Assembly: GCA_030390025.1 (NCBI GenBank)
Contig: CM059425.1
Span: 164,860,001 to 164,924,000 of the forward strand
Direction: 5' to 3'
Source of the DNA: Squalus acanthias
Lineage: Eukaryota
Length of the DNA stretch: 64,000 nt
The notes beneath the pieces were generated by a model. It was not told where the DNA came from, did not search any database, and saw nothing but the letters and a program-made list of their open reading frames with translations. Positions 1-13,759 of this stretch are shown piece after piece. How positions within the stretch are numbered: the first letter of the stretch is position 1; each line of letters begins with the position of its first letter. The translations under genes were made by a program, and so were the position numbers.

Positions 1-639
1 GCAAATCTGGACTCAACTGCTTAAGATTTTAAGGAATTATTCAAAATTCCATAATCAATTATTTATCAAATAATTATTTTGTGTCGAGTATGCAAGACCC
101 ACTAACAACTGCCACGACAACTACATTTAAACACTTTCAAGAGTAACCATTGGGAAAAGATTAGTGTTACAGAGAACGCAGATGCATTCATTTCATAAAC
201 TATTAAAAAATCGACAAATGTCAGGTGGCAGCTAATACTTTTGGAGCAATTATGGCAACTGATCGGGTCGCTCCTTTCTTCTCCATTTCCCTACACTGCA
301 AGCGGGAGACAGAGGCAACCTTTGGCCTCCTTCTGAGATTAACACTGCAAAGAGCGTTACACCAGGAAATCAATGCCAGGCTGATGTCAATGAGCAGGCA
401 GTACCAAAATGCCGCTACTCTCTGCGCTCTCTCAGCCGGCGGCCGTTATCCTTGGCTGCCACTATTACCGGCAGGTTTCCAGCGTTCTCCAGTTTTTAGC
501 CCATTGTGTTTAACACCAAAAACAAATAGGATTGTCTTATCCTCCTCCCAGTCAGTAATAAGTATCAGTTATGGGTCATGAGAACCAATTCATAATTTTT
601 TGGAAAATTACAATTATTCGAATTATATAGAAATTATAA

Positions 640-1030
640 CACAGAAACAGGCCGTTTGGCCCAACCAGTCCATGTTGGTGTTTATCCTCCACACAAGCAA
701 TAGTCCTAGTCCCATATGCCTGTCCTTTTCCCATATTTCTATATTCCCATTTATTTCTCTATATTCCCCTATATTTCCCCTATCTAATCTATTCTTAAAT
801 GTTGACATGGTCTCTGCTTGAATAACTAACTGTGGTAGTGCCTTACAACCATCTGTGTAAAAAAAGCTTCTTCTGGTTCCTGTCCTAAATCTCTTATATT
901 TAATTTTATATCTATGTCCCCTTACTCTCTGTCACTGGAAACAGTCTGTTTCTATCTACTCTATCCAATCCCATCATCATTTTAAACACATCTTTCAAAT
1001 CACCCCTTAATCTCCTCTGTTCCAAAACAT
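640..1030 (-). mobile_element. CR1-clade LINE 3' fragment (old)
   Basis: Same 3' end type as 13760-14480 (cacagaaacaggcc...gtttatcctccacac) followed by degenerate ORF2 C-terminal sequence; boundaries approximate. Confidence 0.65.
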
Positions 1031-1641
1031 GTCACTGAATTCTTTCTCATTCATTTGACTAATCAGCAGTTAAGCAGTTGTGCCTACTGTACAGTAGTTG
1101 AATGCAGAAGAGATGCATTTTAACAAGCTGCTACACTGAAAGCTGTGGTCTGACACAGTCACGATTGGAGACACAGTACTGTTGCTGAACAACATGAGTT
1201 CGTGCTGATGTGGTAGGTAGATGTGTTAACAAGCTATGCTGGGAAGAAATGTGATTCTGGCTCATGCCATAGTCCTTGGTGAGTGCCTTATCCCAGCTCA
1301 GCCAATTAGCAGGAGGTATCACACCAAATAGAAACCAGACACAATCCATAGGGAGAGAGAGAGAAAATGACCAGGTGAGTAACTTTGCAAATAGTTATCG
1401 GACCCATTGTCAGCACAAGCCAACCACAATCTTCTTGGGCATCCCTGTGTCTGGGTGTCCCACATCCACATTGCCAGGAAATTGAGGCGGGAGGCTGGGA
1501 ATGCTCCTTCTCACCTCATTTGCATCTTTACAATGAGTCTGCACCAATTGCATATGCTCTGTCCCTTCCAGGAAGCCCCAGGTATCCCAGTGTAATGAAA
1601 AGAGGACAGAAACCCCACAAAATGGGTCTCTACCCCGGTTT

Positions 1642-1870
1642 ATAGAATGGTTACAGCACAGAAGGAGGCCATTCGGCCTGCCGAACCCATGCCGGCTCTC
1701 TGCAAGAACACTTCAGCTAGTCCCACTCCCCCGCCCTTTCCCCATAACCCTGCAATTTTTTTCCCTTCAGGTACTTATCCAATTCCCTTTTGAAAACCAC
1801 GATTGAATCTACCTCCACCACCCTCTGAGGCAGTGCATTCCAGATCCTAACCACTCGCTGCGTAAAAAAA
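1642..1870 (-). mobile_element. CR1 LINE 3' end fragment
   Basis: Near-identical to the CR1 3' ends at 4160-4400 and 58650-58867 (atagaatggttacagcacagaaggaggcc). Confidence 0.85.
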
Positions 1871-1972
1871 TGTCTTTATGCCCAGGAAAAGGCATTCCTG
1901 GGGGGCAAAAGTCAAGAAAATCAGCCATAATAAGCTTTAAAAAAGTGAGAGGCAGAGAAAAGACAATGATCA

Positions 1973-2239
<267 letters not shown>

Positions 2240-3019
2240 CTAGGAATGCAGTAGTATGGTAAACTGAGACTGAAATGGTCTGAAAAATGTGATGGGATTA
2301 TTGGGTTGAATTTATGAATGCCTAACTAAATGGTTGATTTTAATTATAAATGACATTTAGTGCATTGTGCATGTTTTTCCATTGGCATTTGAGGATCATG
2401 ATATATGCGTGTTCATTTTTTGGGGGTCACAATGCAGTTAATGTTGGACATCAAGAAATATCAGTTTTGTGGTGTGGAACCTTTAGTATTATCAGGTTAT
2501 TTTTTTAATTCAATGGAAAAGAAAATCAGGTGGGATGTAAAACAGGCTGCCGATTCACTATGGCCAGTTTTGCGCTATCGCTGAAGACCAATTTCAACCT
2601 CCAGATTTCAGTGGGAGATGGAAAAAAAGAACTTACATTTATATAGCATCCTGTCATATCCCAAAGCATTTTACAGCCAGTGAGTTGCTAGAAAGATAGA
2701 GAAATATAGCCCGAGATTTTCCTTATGTTTACTGCCCATTTTTGGGGAGATTCAGGGTGACAGGAAGAAAGAAAAGGGTCAGGGATTCATAATGTTAAAA
2801 ACCCTGCCCATTACAAACCCTATTGAAATGTTCCTCACCACACAATGTGGTGGCTGACAGAGCTCACTGACATATTGTCCACCATGTGCAAATCATACTT
2901 AAATGTAACTTTAATGTGCCGTGTTGCATTTCCCTCCTTATTGCCTGTGGCCTGGTTCCTGAAATAAAGCCAGCATAAAAAGTGTGTTTGGATGCTAGAC
3001 AACTGCAGACATTTGGACA

Positions 3020-4095
3020 TGGAGCTAAGGACCATATTCTGAGGATTCTGTATTAGTTCTGCTTCGCTGATGAATACTCATAAAGAGGAAGAAAAGGTGA
3101 ATTGGGAGGTGCCATGCAGGGCGGCCAGGCTGCTCAGGTGCTAAAGGAGGCATCTGGCACTCACTCATAGGTACCCATGCCTCTGTGTATAGAGTCCAAG
3201 GCAGTCATTTCTCAACCTCAGCAATTAGTAATGCCAAGAAGACGGCACCTCTCTCATGAGCCATTAGAGGAGTTGTGCTGCCTGTTTGCCCCATATATGC
3301 AGCCCATCTATACCAGATGGACCACACTGCCAGGCAATGTTGTTAGAAACATCAGTCAATTGGCTGCCCACCACTGATGCATTGTTTGTGGGTGCAGTTC
3401 AAGTTCATAATCTATCCAATGCATAGAGTGTACCAGCGTGAAATAGCTGTCTATTGAGTGGCAGCTTTCCCCCAGGGGCAAGCTGCACTTAACTGCAGCC
3501 ATAAATGTCATATATGCCTCTTTTAAGAATGCTGTAAACTTTCTCAATAGGAATCCATCAATGTACTATTGGTCTGCAATCTGAATCCCCTCGTAATGAA
3601 TGTGAATGCTCTCTAGCCAGGGAGCTGTTGTGATTCTTTTATTTTAAGACAGTCTACCATAGCAGCTCTGCTGACATGTGAAAGGCAGGTGTCTGAATAG
3701 CTGATCAGAGTTGAGCGCTACCCTCTGTAGCAGTGGCTGATGACATTGGTTTGGATCCTGAGAACCATGACTGAGCCCAAATGCAGTTAAGCTCATGGTG
3801 CCACCATGATTGTCAATGAGCAGGCCATTGGTATTCTGCAGGCATGCTTCAGGTGCCTTGATAAACGTGGGGAAGCTCTCAAGTAAAGTCCAGCCAGGGA
3901 GTCTTGAATCTTTGTGTTTTGCTGTATGCTGCACCATTTTGCCATTCACAAAGGACTCCTGATTAATGCCCAGAGGTGTAAGAGGGAGGTGAGCAAGAGA
4001 CAGGAGCTGAGGCCCTGCTTGAGGAAGAGATCACAGAAAAAAAACCTTTGCCAGCAGCGAGTTGGGCAGAACTCGTAAGGGACACCTTCAACTAA
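3020..4095 (+). pseudogene. Heavily decayed PIF/Harbinger transposase
   Basis: Broken frames give RQSFLNLS, PGSCCDSFILRQS, YPL.QWLMT and EQAIGIL..CFRCLDKRGEAL, colinear with the transposase at 24387-25627. Confidence 0.75.
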
Positions 4096-4159
4096 TTAAT
4101 AGCTACGACCACATCAAAACCACTCCTGCCGTTATAGTCCCCTTTTTGCAATTACATCA

Positions 4160-4706
4160 AATCATAGAATCATAGAATGGTTACAGCACAGAAGGAGGCC
4201 ATTTGGCCCATCGAGCCCATGCCGGCTCTCTGCAAGAGCACTTCAGCTAGTCCCACTCCCCCGCCCTTTCCCCGTAGCCCTGCAAATTCTTTTCCTTCAG
4301 GTACTTATCCAACTCCCTTTTGAAAGCCGTGATTGAATCTGCCTCCACCACCCTTTCAGGCAGTGCATTCCAGATCTTAACCACTTGCTGCATAAAAAAG
4401 TTTTTCCTCATGTCGCCTTTGGTTCTTTTGTCAACCACCTTAAATCTGTGTCCTCTGGTTCTCGACCCTTCCACCAATTGCATCCTTTAGTTTATATTGC
4501 CTCTCCTCGTTCTTCCTACCAAGTTTTGTGTCATCTGCAAATTTTGAAATTGTGCCCTGTACACCCACGTCCAAGTCATTAATATATATCAAGAAAAGCA
4601 GTGGTCCTAGTACTGACCCCTGGGGAACACCACTGTGTACTTTCCTGCAGTCCGAAAAACAACTGTTCACCACTACTCTCTGTTTCCTGTCACTTAGCCA
4701 ATTTCG
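4160..4706 (-). mobile_element. CR1 LINE 3' fragment with internal deletions
   Basis: (ATTCTATG)n-type tail, ORF2 C-terminus and [17 protein letters not shown] motifs juxtaposed by deletions. Confidence 0.9.
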
Positions 4707-4806
4707 TATATATTCATGTCCTCACATTTAGCTCCTACCAATGCTTCCATTTTGGAAATATTCTCCAACTCTATCTCCCAGGCATTCCTACTCCTTGTCA
4801 CAAATC

Positions 4807-4972
4807 GTAGTCGTCTGACATTGTACGCTACACATGCATTGTTCTCTATCTATATATGCTTTGTCGATTCGTATTCCTTTACTTCACCTGACGAAGGGGC
4901 AGCAGCTCCGAAAGCTTTTGATTTCAAATAAAACTGTTGGACTATAACCTGGTGTTGTGCGACTTCTCACTT
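4807..4972 (+). mobile_element. Short Penelope-like terminal-repeat insertion carrying a hammerhead motif
   Basis: Flanked by a 12-bp direct repeat ttgtcacaaatc (4795-4806 and 4973-4984); shares ~75 bp with 49093-49162. Confidence 0.75.
4884..4921 (+). ncRNA. Minimal type I hammerhead ribozyme motif (degenerate helix I)
   Basis: tcac-CTGACGA-a-ggggc/agca/gctcc-GAAA-gctt-ttga: catalytic core, helix II and palindromic AAGCTT in place of helix III. Confidence 0.65.
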
Positions 4973-5510
4973 TTGTCACAAATCAACATACATGTATCAT
5001 CAGTACAAACTCTTTAATCCACCCAAATATGTAGCTGCCCTGTTATCTTTATCATCTGATCTCCCCTTGGTGCTTTAAACTATGTGCCCTTTCAAAACTA
5101 CACCTAGAATTTCCACAGGAGTTCTTACAATTCCTGCCATAATTTCAGTTTTTTAAAAACTCCCGAGTAACGGCATTAACAGCCCCCTATGCCATTGTCC
5201 CAGGGTTTCTGAGGATCTTACACTGAATTTACGGTGGGAGATTGAGGCATCCTCGTAGAAATTCACCAGCACTGCCTTTATTTGAGATTACATATCACTT
5301 TACTTACAGAGTCGTCAGAGTTTGGAAATAAATTAGGAAGTAGGCTTGGGATAAGTTTCACTTAATTTAAAAACAACGATCCCCAATGTTGCAATGCTGA
5401 GCTGGACGTGCGTCTGCTGATTCACTCCAGCACTGACCCTGGCATAAATCACTGGGTCAGCTCATTTGCATATCTACTGGCTTTGAGTGAGTGCCACTCT
5501 CATGTAATAC

Positions 5511-7907
5511 TTCTTCTCTTCTTAGGCAGTCCCTCGGAACTGAGGATGACTTGCTTCCACATTAAAAATGAGTTCTCAGGTGACTGATGAGTCCAATGCG
5601 GGACCTACAGTCTCTGTCACAGGTGGGGCAGACGGTGGTTGAAGGGGCGGGTGGGTGGGGTGCTTAGGTTGACGTGGGCTCCTTGCGCTGCCTGCGCTTG
5701 GCTTCCGCTTGCTCCCGGCGCAGAGACTCGAGGTGTTCGGCGCCTTCCTGGATGCTTCTCCTCCACTTTGTGCGGTCTTGGGCCAGGGACTCCCAGGTGT
5801 CGGTGGGGATGTTACACTTTTTCAAGGAGGCTTTGAGGGTGTCCTTGAAGCGTTTCCTCTGCCCACCTGGGGCTCTCTTGCCGTGCAGGAGCTCCGAGTA
5901 GAGCGCTTGTTTTGAGAGTCTCGTATCGGGCATGCGGACAACGTGACCTGTCCATCGGAGCTGATCGAGCGTGGTCAAAGCTTCGATGCTGGGGATGTTG
6001 GCCTGAGCAAGAACACTGACGTTGGTGCGCCTATCCTGCCAATGGATTTGCAGGATCTTGCGGATGCAGCGTTGGTGGTACCTCTCCAGTGCTTTGAGAT
6101 GCCTGCTGTACATGGTCCATGTCTCTGAGGCATACAGCAGGGCTGCTCTGTAGACCATACTGCTGCTCTGTAGACCATGAGCTTAGTGCTGGGTTTGAGG
6201 TCCTGGTCTTCAAACACTCTCTTCCTCAGGCGACCGAAGACTGCACTGGCACACTGAAGGCGGTGTTGGACTTCGTCATCGACGTCTGCCCTTGTTGACA
6301 GTAGGCTCCCGAGGTGTGGAAAGTGGTCCACGTTGTCCAAGGCCTCGTCGTGGATTTTGATAATCGGGGGGCAGTACTGTGTGGCGGGGGCAGGTTGGTA
6401 GAGGACCTTTGTCTTACGGATGTTTAGTGTAAGGCCCATGCTCTCGTACGCTTCAGTGAAGGTGTTGACGATGGCTTGGAGTTCGACCTCCGAGTGAGCG
6501 CAGACGCAAGCGTCGTCTGCATACTGTAATTCGACGACAGAGGATGGGACGACCTTGGATCTGGACTGGAGGCGACAGAGGTTGAACAGTTTCCCGTTTG
6601 TTCTGTAAATTAGCTCCACTCCAGTGGGGAGCTTACTGAGGGTGAGATGGAGCATTGCAGCAAGGAAGATCGAGAAGAGTGTTGGTGCGATGACACTGCC
6701 TTGCTTGACCCCGGTTCGTACGTGAATTGGGTCTGTGGTGGAACCATTGGTCAGGATCACGGCTTGCATGTCGTCATGAAGCAGGCGGAGGATGGTGACA
6801 AACTTTTGAGGGCAGCCGAATTTGAGGAGGACACTCCATAATCCCTCATGGTTGACAGTGTCGAAGGCCTTTGTGAGATCAAAGAAGGCCATGTACAGCG
6901 GTTGGTGCTGTTCCCTGCATTTCTCTTGCAATTGACGTGCGGTAAAGATCATGTCCATTGTGCCCCTTAGTGGGTGGAATCCGCATTGCGACTCTGGGAG
7001 GAGCTCTTCGGCCACTGGGAGAAGGCGATTGAGGAGGATTCTTGCGATGACTTTCCCTGTGGCAGACAGCAGGGAAACTCCTCTGTAATTACCGCAATCG
7101 GACTTGTCACCTTTCTTGAAGATGGTCACAATTACGGCGTCTCTGAGATCCCCTGACATGCTCTCCTCCTTCCAGATAAGAGAAATGAGTTCATGAATTC
7201 ACGCCAGTAGTGCTTCTCCGCCATGCTTTAGTGCCTCTGCGGGGATTCCATCTGCTCCTGGGACCTTGTTGTTCTTCAGTTGTCGGATGGCCTTTTCAAC
7301 CTCACGCTGGGCTGGGGTTGTGCTGAGATGGTGGCGGGTAGCATGCTGCGGGATGGAGTTGAGGACATTTGCGTTGAAGACAGAGTCGCGGTTAAGGAGA
7401 TCTTCGAAGTGCTCCTTCCAGCGGGCACTGACTGCCTCTCTGTCCTTGATGAGTACCTCTCCGTTCTTGGCCCGCAGTGGGGTAGGGCCTTGGGTGCTTG
7501 GGCCGTAGGTGGTCTTGACTGCGCTAAAGAATCCACGCACGTCGTGGTTGTCGGCTAGCTGCTGGATCTCCTCTGCTTTCTCCACCCACCATCTGTTTTT
7601 TAGGTCACGAGTTTTTTGTTGGACCTCGGCCTTCAGGCATCTGTAGAGCTGCTTTCTTGCTCTCGAGTTCTGTTGCTGTTTCCAGATCAGGAATGCCTTG
7701 CGCTTGCGGCTTATTAGCTCCTGGATCTCCTGGTCGTTCTCGTCGAACCAGTCTTGGTGTTTCCTGGTCGAGTGACTGTGCGTCTCTTCACAGGTGCTGA
7801 TTATGGAGGCCTTGAGTGCAGACCAGGCGCTGTGGGCACTCTGTGTCTCTGAATCACTGGGAGTCGTCAGGTTGTTTGTGAGGCGCAGGCTGAATAGGGC
7901 TTTAGGG
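5511..7907 (-). mobile_element. RTE-clade (BovB-like) LINE, 5'-truncated
   Basis: RT ORF pieces 7199-7921, 5975-7159 and 5664-6158 (QYADD, LPESQCGF, QLRWTGHV); (AGA)-rich 3' tail; 12-bp TSD ctcatgtaatac at 5499-5510 and 7908-7919; one stop and a 20-bp duplication frameshift. Confidence 0.95.
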
Positions 7908-8994
7908 CTCATGTAATACACAATGCTGTGTGAGGGCGGGGGTGCGGAATTTATAATGTAACCTTTAAAAGATCAAAAATGGCTGATGGTTTCAGTAGGA
8001 AGCTGAAGGAGTAGCACGTAAGCAGTAAAGTTTTTGCAACACTGAGTTGACTGTCAAGCAGCTGTAATCGAGGGCTCCTGTGGGAATTTGTTGCACTTTT
8101 GAAGAATGTCTTCCACTGGAGCAGCAGGTGCAGGCTGTCAAAGAAGGGATCAGGAAAGAAGAGCCCAAAATGTTAGCGAGGTCCACCTTTCGACACTCCT
8201 GGGTGAAATGCAGCAAAGCAGCTAAAAGCTGCTGGGTATCTATGGGAGGGAGGTGGCAGTGGCCATGGGATCTCACACAAGTAAATACAGTCAGTTTTGT
8301 CTTGTGAATATAGAATACACTGTCACTTAGTTTCATTGTAGTTGTGTATCGTAAAAGATTTCAGTTTAAAAATCAGTAAGATATATTTGTGATTAAATTC
8401 CCAAATGGAAGCATTGATGTCTGTGCATCTATTTATTATTTCACAGTTAAAATGCCCTGGACCCTCCCGGTGTACGCTAGTTTTGGCTTGAAAGACAAAA
8501 TTGCAGCAGGCAACAAAATGCTAAAAAATGCGGCAAATAAAATATAAAAAATCAAAATTTTCCAGGGGGAGGCCCCCATCCGAGGAAATTAATCTTGTAT
8601 CTCTAGTGCTTACATCTCCTTTCAGAAGTTTCTGAATTGACCACTGCTGTGAAATGCACTATTGTGTACTTTAGGCGTTTTCCCATTAGAATAGAAGTAA
8701 TACTCAGGTTATGACAAGCCTATGTCCTGAAAGAACAGCATCAACAACATGCATTTCTTTAGCGCCTTTAACACAGCAAGACAGCTAAGGTGCCTGGAAA
8801 AAAACGGGCAAATTTGAGGAAGGATTACAATAGATGACCAAAAGCTTGGCTGAAGAGAAGCTTTTAAAGGCTGGGAGGAATCTAAACAGGTTAAGGAGAG
8901 AATTACAGAGAGCAGGACTGAAGGCTGTGCCACCAAAGGTGAGGCGGAAAGAGGGTGTTGGGGGGCGGGGGGGGGGGGGGGATATGAGGCTAGA

Positions 8995-9920
8995 TACTTG
9001 ATATATAGTAATGACTTGGACTTGGGTATACAGGGTATAATTTCAAAGTTTGCAGATGACACAAAACTCAGAAATGTAGTAAACAATGTGGAGGATAGTA
9101 ATAGACTTCAGGAGGACTTAGACAGACTGGTGAATTGGGCAGACATATGGCAGATGAAATTTAACATAGAGAAGTGTGAAGTGATGCATTTTGGTAGGAA
9201 AATGAGGAGAGACAATATAAACTAAATTGTACAATTTTAAAGGGAGTGCAGGAACAGAGAGACCTGGGTGTATGTACACAAATCTTTGAAGGTGGCAGAA
9301 CAAGTTGAGAAGGCTGTTAAAAAAAGCACATGGGATTCGTGCCTTTATTAATAGAGGCATAGAGTACAAAAGCAAGGAAGTTATGCTAAACCTTTATAAA
9401 ACACTGGTTAGGCCTCAGCTGGAGTATTGTGTTCGATTGTGGGCACCATACTTTAGGAAGGCTGTTTAGGCCTTAGAGAGGGTGCAGAGGACATTTACTA
9501 GAATGGTACCAAGGTTGAGAGACTTCAGTTATGTGGAGAGGCTGGGGTTGTTCTCCTTAGAGCAGAGAAGGTTAAGAGGAGATTTGATAGATGTGTTCAA
9601 AATCATGAATGGCTTTGATAGAGTGAATAAGGAGATCCTTCCAGTGGCAGAAGGGTCGCTACCCAGAGGACACAGATTTAAGGTGATTAGCAAAAGAACC
9701 AAGGCGACATGAGGAAACATTTTTTTAAGCAGAGAATTGTTATGATCTGGAATGCACTGCCTGAAAGGGACGTAGAAGCAGATTCAATAGTAACTTACAA
9801 AAGGAATTGGATAAATACTTGATGGGAAAAAAATTACAGGGCAGGTGGAGTGGGTCTAATTAAATAGTTCTACCAAAGAGCCAGCACTGGTATGATGGAC
9901 CGAATGGCCTCCTTCTTACT
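8995..9920 (+). mobile_element. CR1 LINE 3' fragment
   Basis: [10 protein letters not shown]...WQMKFN..KCEVMHFG and LFSLEQRRLRGDLI motifs, frameshifted. Confidence 0.92.
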
Positions 9921-10419
9921 ATGCAGAGGAGTGGAGGGTGTACAGGGGGAACTAAAGCTAGAGAAGGTTGCAGAGGTAGGTTGGAGGAAGCACATAGAGG
10001 GATAAGGGGATCAAAATATCAGGGGCCAGAGAGGGTAGAGAGTGGGTGCATTGCCAGCCATGAGGTTGGAATATGGGACAGAACCTGGTTTCACTGAGAT
10101 TCTGACCTGTGCAAGAAGCCTAGGAAATTCTACTGAGGGGGTCCACAAGCAAGTCTTCTGCCCACCCCCTACACCAAGGGGAGTTCCTGGGCTCTCCTGG
10201 GAATGTTGCCCTTCTGCCATTGTAAAGCCTAACTGAACTCTTGCCGGTTGAAAGCTGAGCTCTGTTGAAGCTGTTGGAAAGGCCCCATAACCGGGAATGC
10301 TGAGAGAGGTAAGCACGGAACTGGGAGATGACAACACATTCAAAGATATTGGACAGGACAGTTATCTTAGAGACTGGATGGTGGTGGTAGAGGACAAGAC
10401 AGGTGAGCATTTTGACGAG

Positions 10420-10980
10420 CTTGGCTCACTTGTTTAGCAGTCTCACCTCTGAGTAAGAAGGTCATAGATTCAAGCCTCACTGCAGGACTTGAGCACATAA
10501 TCCAGACTGATATTTCCAGATAGTTCTGAAGGAGTGCTGCATTGTCATAGGTGCCGACCTTCAGATGAGATTAAAAAAAAGGAAGATTTGCATTTATATA
10601 GCGCCTTTCACGACCTCAGGATGCCCCAAAGCGCTTTACAGCCAATGAAGTACTTTTTGAAGTGTAGTCACTGTTGTAATGTAGGAAACGCAGCAGCCAA
10701 TTTGCGCACAGCAAGGTCCCACATTCAATGTGATAATGACCAGATAATTTTAGTGATGTTGATTGAGGGATAAATATTGGCCAGGACACTAGGAAGAACT
10801 TAAGAATCAATCACATTAATATGGGACTGGAGATACATATAGGCCAGACTGGGCAAGGATGGCATTGTCCCACATTACAATAGTGATTACACTTCAAAAA
10901 GTATCTAATTGGCTGTAAAGTGCTTCGGGTTGTCCTGAGGTCATGAAAGGCACTATATAAATGCAAGTCTTTATTTCTTT
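10420..10980. mobile_element. Cluster of SacSINE1/DeuSINE-like fragments in both orientations
   Basis: tRNA-like head (+) at 10420-10570, 3' half (-) at 10572-10800 and tail (+) at 10870-10980, all homologous to 35610-36085. Confidence 0.7.
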
Positions 10981-11640
10981 TTAACTGCCCACTGACATGA
11001 CCTAGCAAGCCATTCAGTTTTATCAAACTGCTCATGATTCAAAAAGAAGGCCCACCACCAACTTTCAGGGCAGTTAGGGATGGGCAACAGAGCCGGTCTT
11101 GCCAGCAACACCCATATCCTGAGAATCATAAAATAAAATAAATAAATGCAAGTTCTTTCTCCTTTCTTTTCAATACTGACAGTAGTTTTGGTAGGTAGAG
11201 GGTCAGTGTCTGAACAAAGGGAGACATTTACAATGCCAGCAAGCATTGAGTTAAAAGAAGTGCTTGAGTAGTCATGAATTGGGTGCAGAAGGTGGCTTCT
11301 GTAGAAGAAATGAGTTTGGAGAAGACCAGGAGATGAGAGAGAAGCTGCAGAGTGACAAGTGATTGTTTTGGTGAGTAAGGGGCTGGGGGGCATGAAAGTG
11401 ACAACGTGGAGGTATTAGTTGAAGCAGTTGCAGGGATGGTCCCACTCTTTGAGATGAAAAAATCCATGCGCTCCTCACACTTGGGGTTAGAAGTGAAGGT
11501 TGGGATTTGTTGCAGAGAAAAAGAGTTGTGGATTATTGCTACCTTTCACTTTCAGTCCAACTGTCTGTAATTCCTTGCCTTCACATATCATGAGTCATAT
11601 ATGCAGTTCAATGCCTTGTTTTTCCATGTCATAACACCTT

Positions 11641-11776
11641 GGCTGGGAATTTCCTAGGAGCTGCTCCCGCTCCGGCACCGTAACTTCATTGGAAGTACGG
11701 TGGAAGCGGGGTTTCTGTCACACCTCGAGCGAAGTTACAGCAGCAAAGCGGGAGCAGCTCCGAGGAAAATCATGGC
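11641..11776. mobile_element. Small palindromic MITE
   Basis: Arms ggagctgctcccgct / agcgggagcagctcc and gtaacttc / gaagttac; end ggctgggaatttcct as in 13515-13669. Confidence 0.7.
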
Positions 11777-11871
11777 ACTCGACACATGACTGCTTTTTGA
11801 ACTGTCAGTTTTGTAAATCGGCATGTACAAGAATAGTAGGGGTTTCTATCCATATCTGCTATTGCCAACTA

Positions 11872-12042
<171 letters not shown>

Positions 12043-12820
12043 CTATACACAGGAATGGTAATACCGGTTAACAAAACCAACAGTAAGATATAAATGCTGG
12101 GCGGCGGAAGGTTAGCAAATAACATATATATTTAGGTATAGTACTATATTTGTGCTATGTGCCATATCCCTCCTCCCTTTGGGTGTTCTCATGCACCAGC
12201 TGAACAGATGGGCAGCTGACTGGATCCCAGGCCTCTGCCACTGATGCTCCATAACTGGTTTCCAGGAGGTACGCAAGAGCAGGATGGAATGATTCACTCT
12301 CTGATTTTCCCTCTCTCTTTGTGAGGAAATGTTTGGCTTTCATTTGCCACTCCTTCTTGGTGACATGGATATGAATGTTGAACTTACGGTGTGAGATAAA
12401 AGCAGTATTTTCTTTAGTAAGTCACATCTGTTTATAAGTAGCTTCCCTTCAAGTGCATGCTTTTAGGTAGGAGGTTCCAACCAGTATCAGTGCCAAATAT
12501 AGAGATACATGTTTGGCTTTGTGTAAACTGTATGGTCCATGTGTGATACAACAGTCATATCTCTGAATCTTTTAAGGCTCGGGGAAGATATGATTTACTA
12601 GAGTAAGGTCAAAGGTCATGTTTTTCCCATTGTGTTCATAATTAATTAGTTCAATGCACTTAAAGCAATACCGAACAAATCTTTCACATTCTTAATCCAT
12701 ATCTTTTTTCTTTGAAGGGGAAAGCTTATGGTAAATTTTGTGTTCATAAAGGTGATTATCAGCACTGGAGAATCGGGTCAGTCTCAGGTCTCAAGTCATT
12801 ACAACAGTGGTTAGATGTAA

Positions 12821-12956
12821 GTGCCGATTTTATATATATGCACTATCGTGGGGGCCACATCTACAATTTCTAGATATGCACTCCTGATGGGTGAGGTTCC
12901 CTGTTGCGCTCCCAGCGATGCTCCCCATTGGTTACACACTTCTGTAAAATCGGCCC
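12821..12956. mobile_element. Small Harbinger-type MITE
   Basis: TIR gtgccgatttta / taaaatcggccc. Confidence 0.55.
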
Positions 12957-13514
12957 TATAGAGCAAAACTCCCGCTACATTGCCTCAACAAAGTACTTTA
13001 ATCCCACCTAAGAAGAAGGTCCACTGATGTATGAGTATGACATTTCTGTTGGTCCCAGCCACCATTCTTGTAGTGTATAATTACAAAGTGCCAAATTTTG
13101 GATAATTATATGCTATGGGCTCAGACTCAATGGGAACTGAGTTGAGAATTCTCAAACTCTTTTCACTTAGGTCATCTACAGAATAAGAAAACTTTCATTC
13201 CAGTCTGGTTTAAGATTTGAACCAAGCCCCAGAGGTAAGAGAATAATGTTCTACCTCAGTGTAGCACCAAGTCTTTTAGTTACCCTTTGTTCTTAACTTT
13301 GCATGGTTTTTAGTCTTTTTCTTTGAAATAATTTTCACATTTTGGCAATTTTCTTCCCTTCATATCACCCTGGACTTATCTGAGAGAACAGGTAGAACCA
13401 CAGACATCAGCATGGCCTTTAACAGGGAAGCTGCCTGGACCTGGGAAAGGACTTGAATGTGGGTCTCCCACGTTCTACCACCAGACCATTTGAAATTTAC
13501 TTTCTAAAGATATT

Positions 13515-13669
13515 CGCTGGGAATTTCCTTGGGGGTTCTCCCGATCGGCCACTGTAACTTTGGTGGAAGATTGATGGAAACCCTGTTTGCGTGTCTATCC
13601 AAGGTTTCAGCTGATCTTCCACCAAAGTTATGACGGCTGATCAGGAACAGCCTTGAGGAATTCCCGGCG
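13515..13669. mobile_element. Small palindromic MITE with 3-bp TSD
   Basis: TIR cgctgggaatt / aattcccggcg, inner arms taactttggtggaagat / atcttccaccaaagtta, TSD att on both sides. Confidence 0.85.
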
Positions 13670-13759
13670 ATTATTAAACCAGATTCCTTTAATTATCTGT
13701 TCTCGGGATGTGGGAGACCCTGGCAAGGCCACATTTATTGCCTATCCCTAGGTACATTG

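Larger units (their letters stand above)
8740..11500 (-). mobile_element. Old L2-clade LINE remnant interrupted by CR1 and SINE insertions
   Basis: L2-type tail at ~8740, degenerate peptides HPVSKITVLSNIFECVVISQFRAYLSQHS and MDFFISKSGTIPATAS typical of L2 ORF2; boundaries approximate. Confidence 0.6.

Noticed and set aside
8257..8646. Possible DNA transposon remnant with CAGTGG...CCACTG ends
   Set aside because: Inverted match is too short and no clear TSD is visible.
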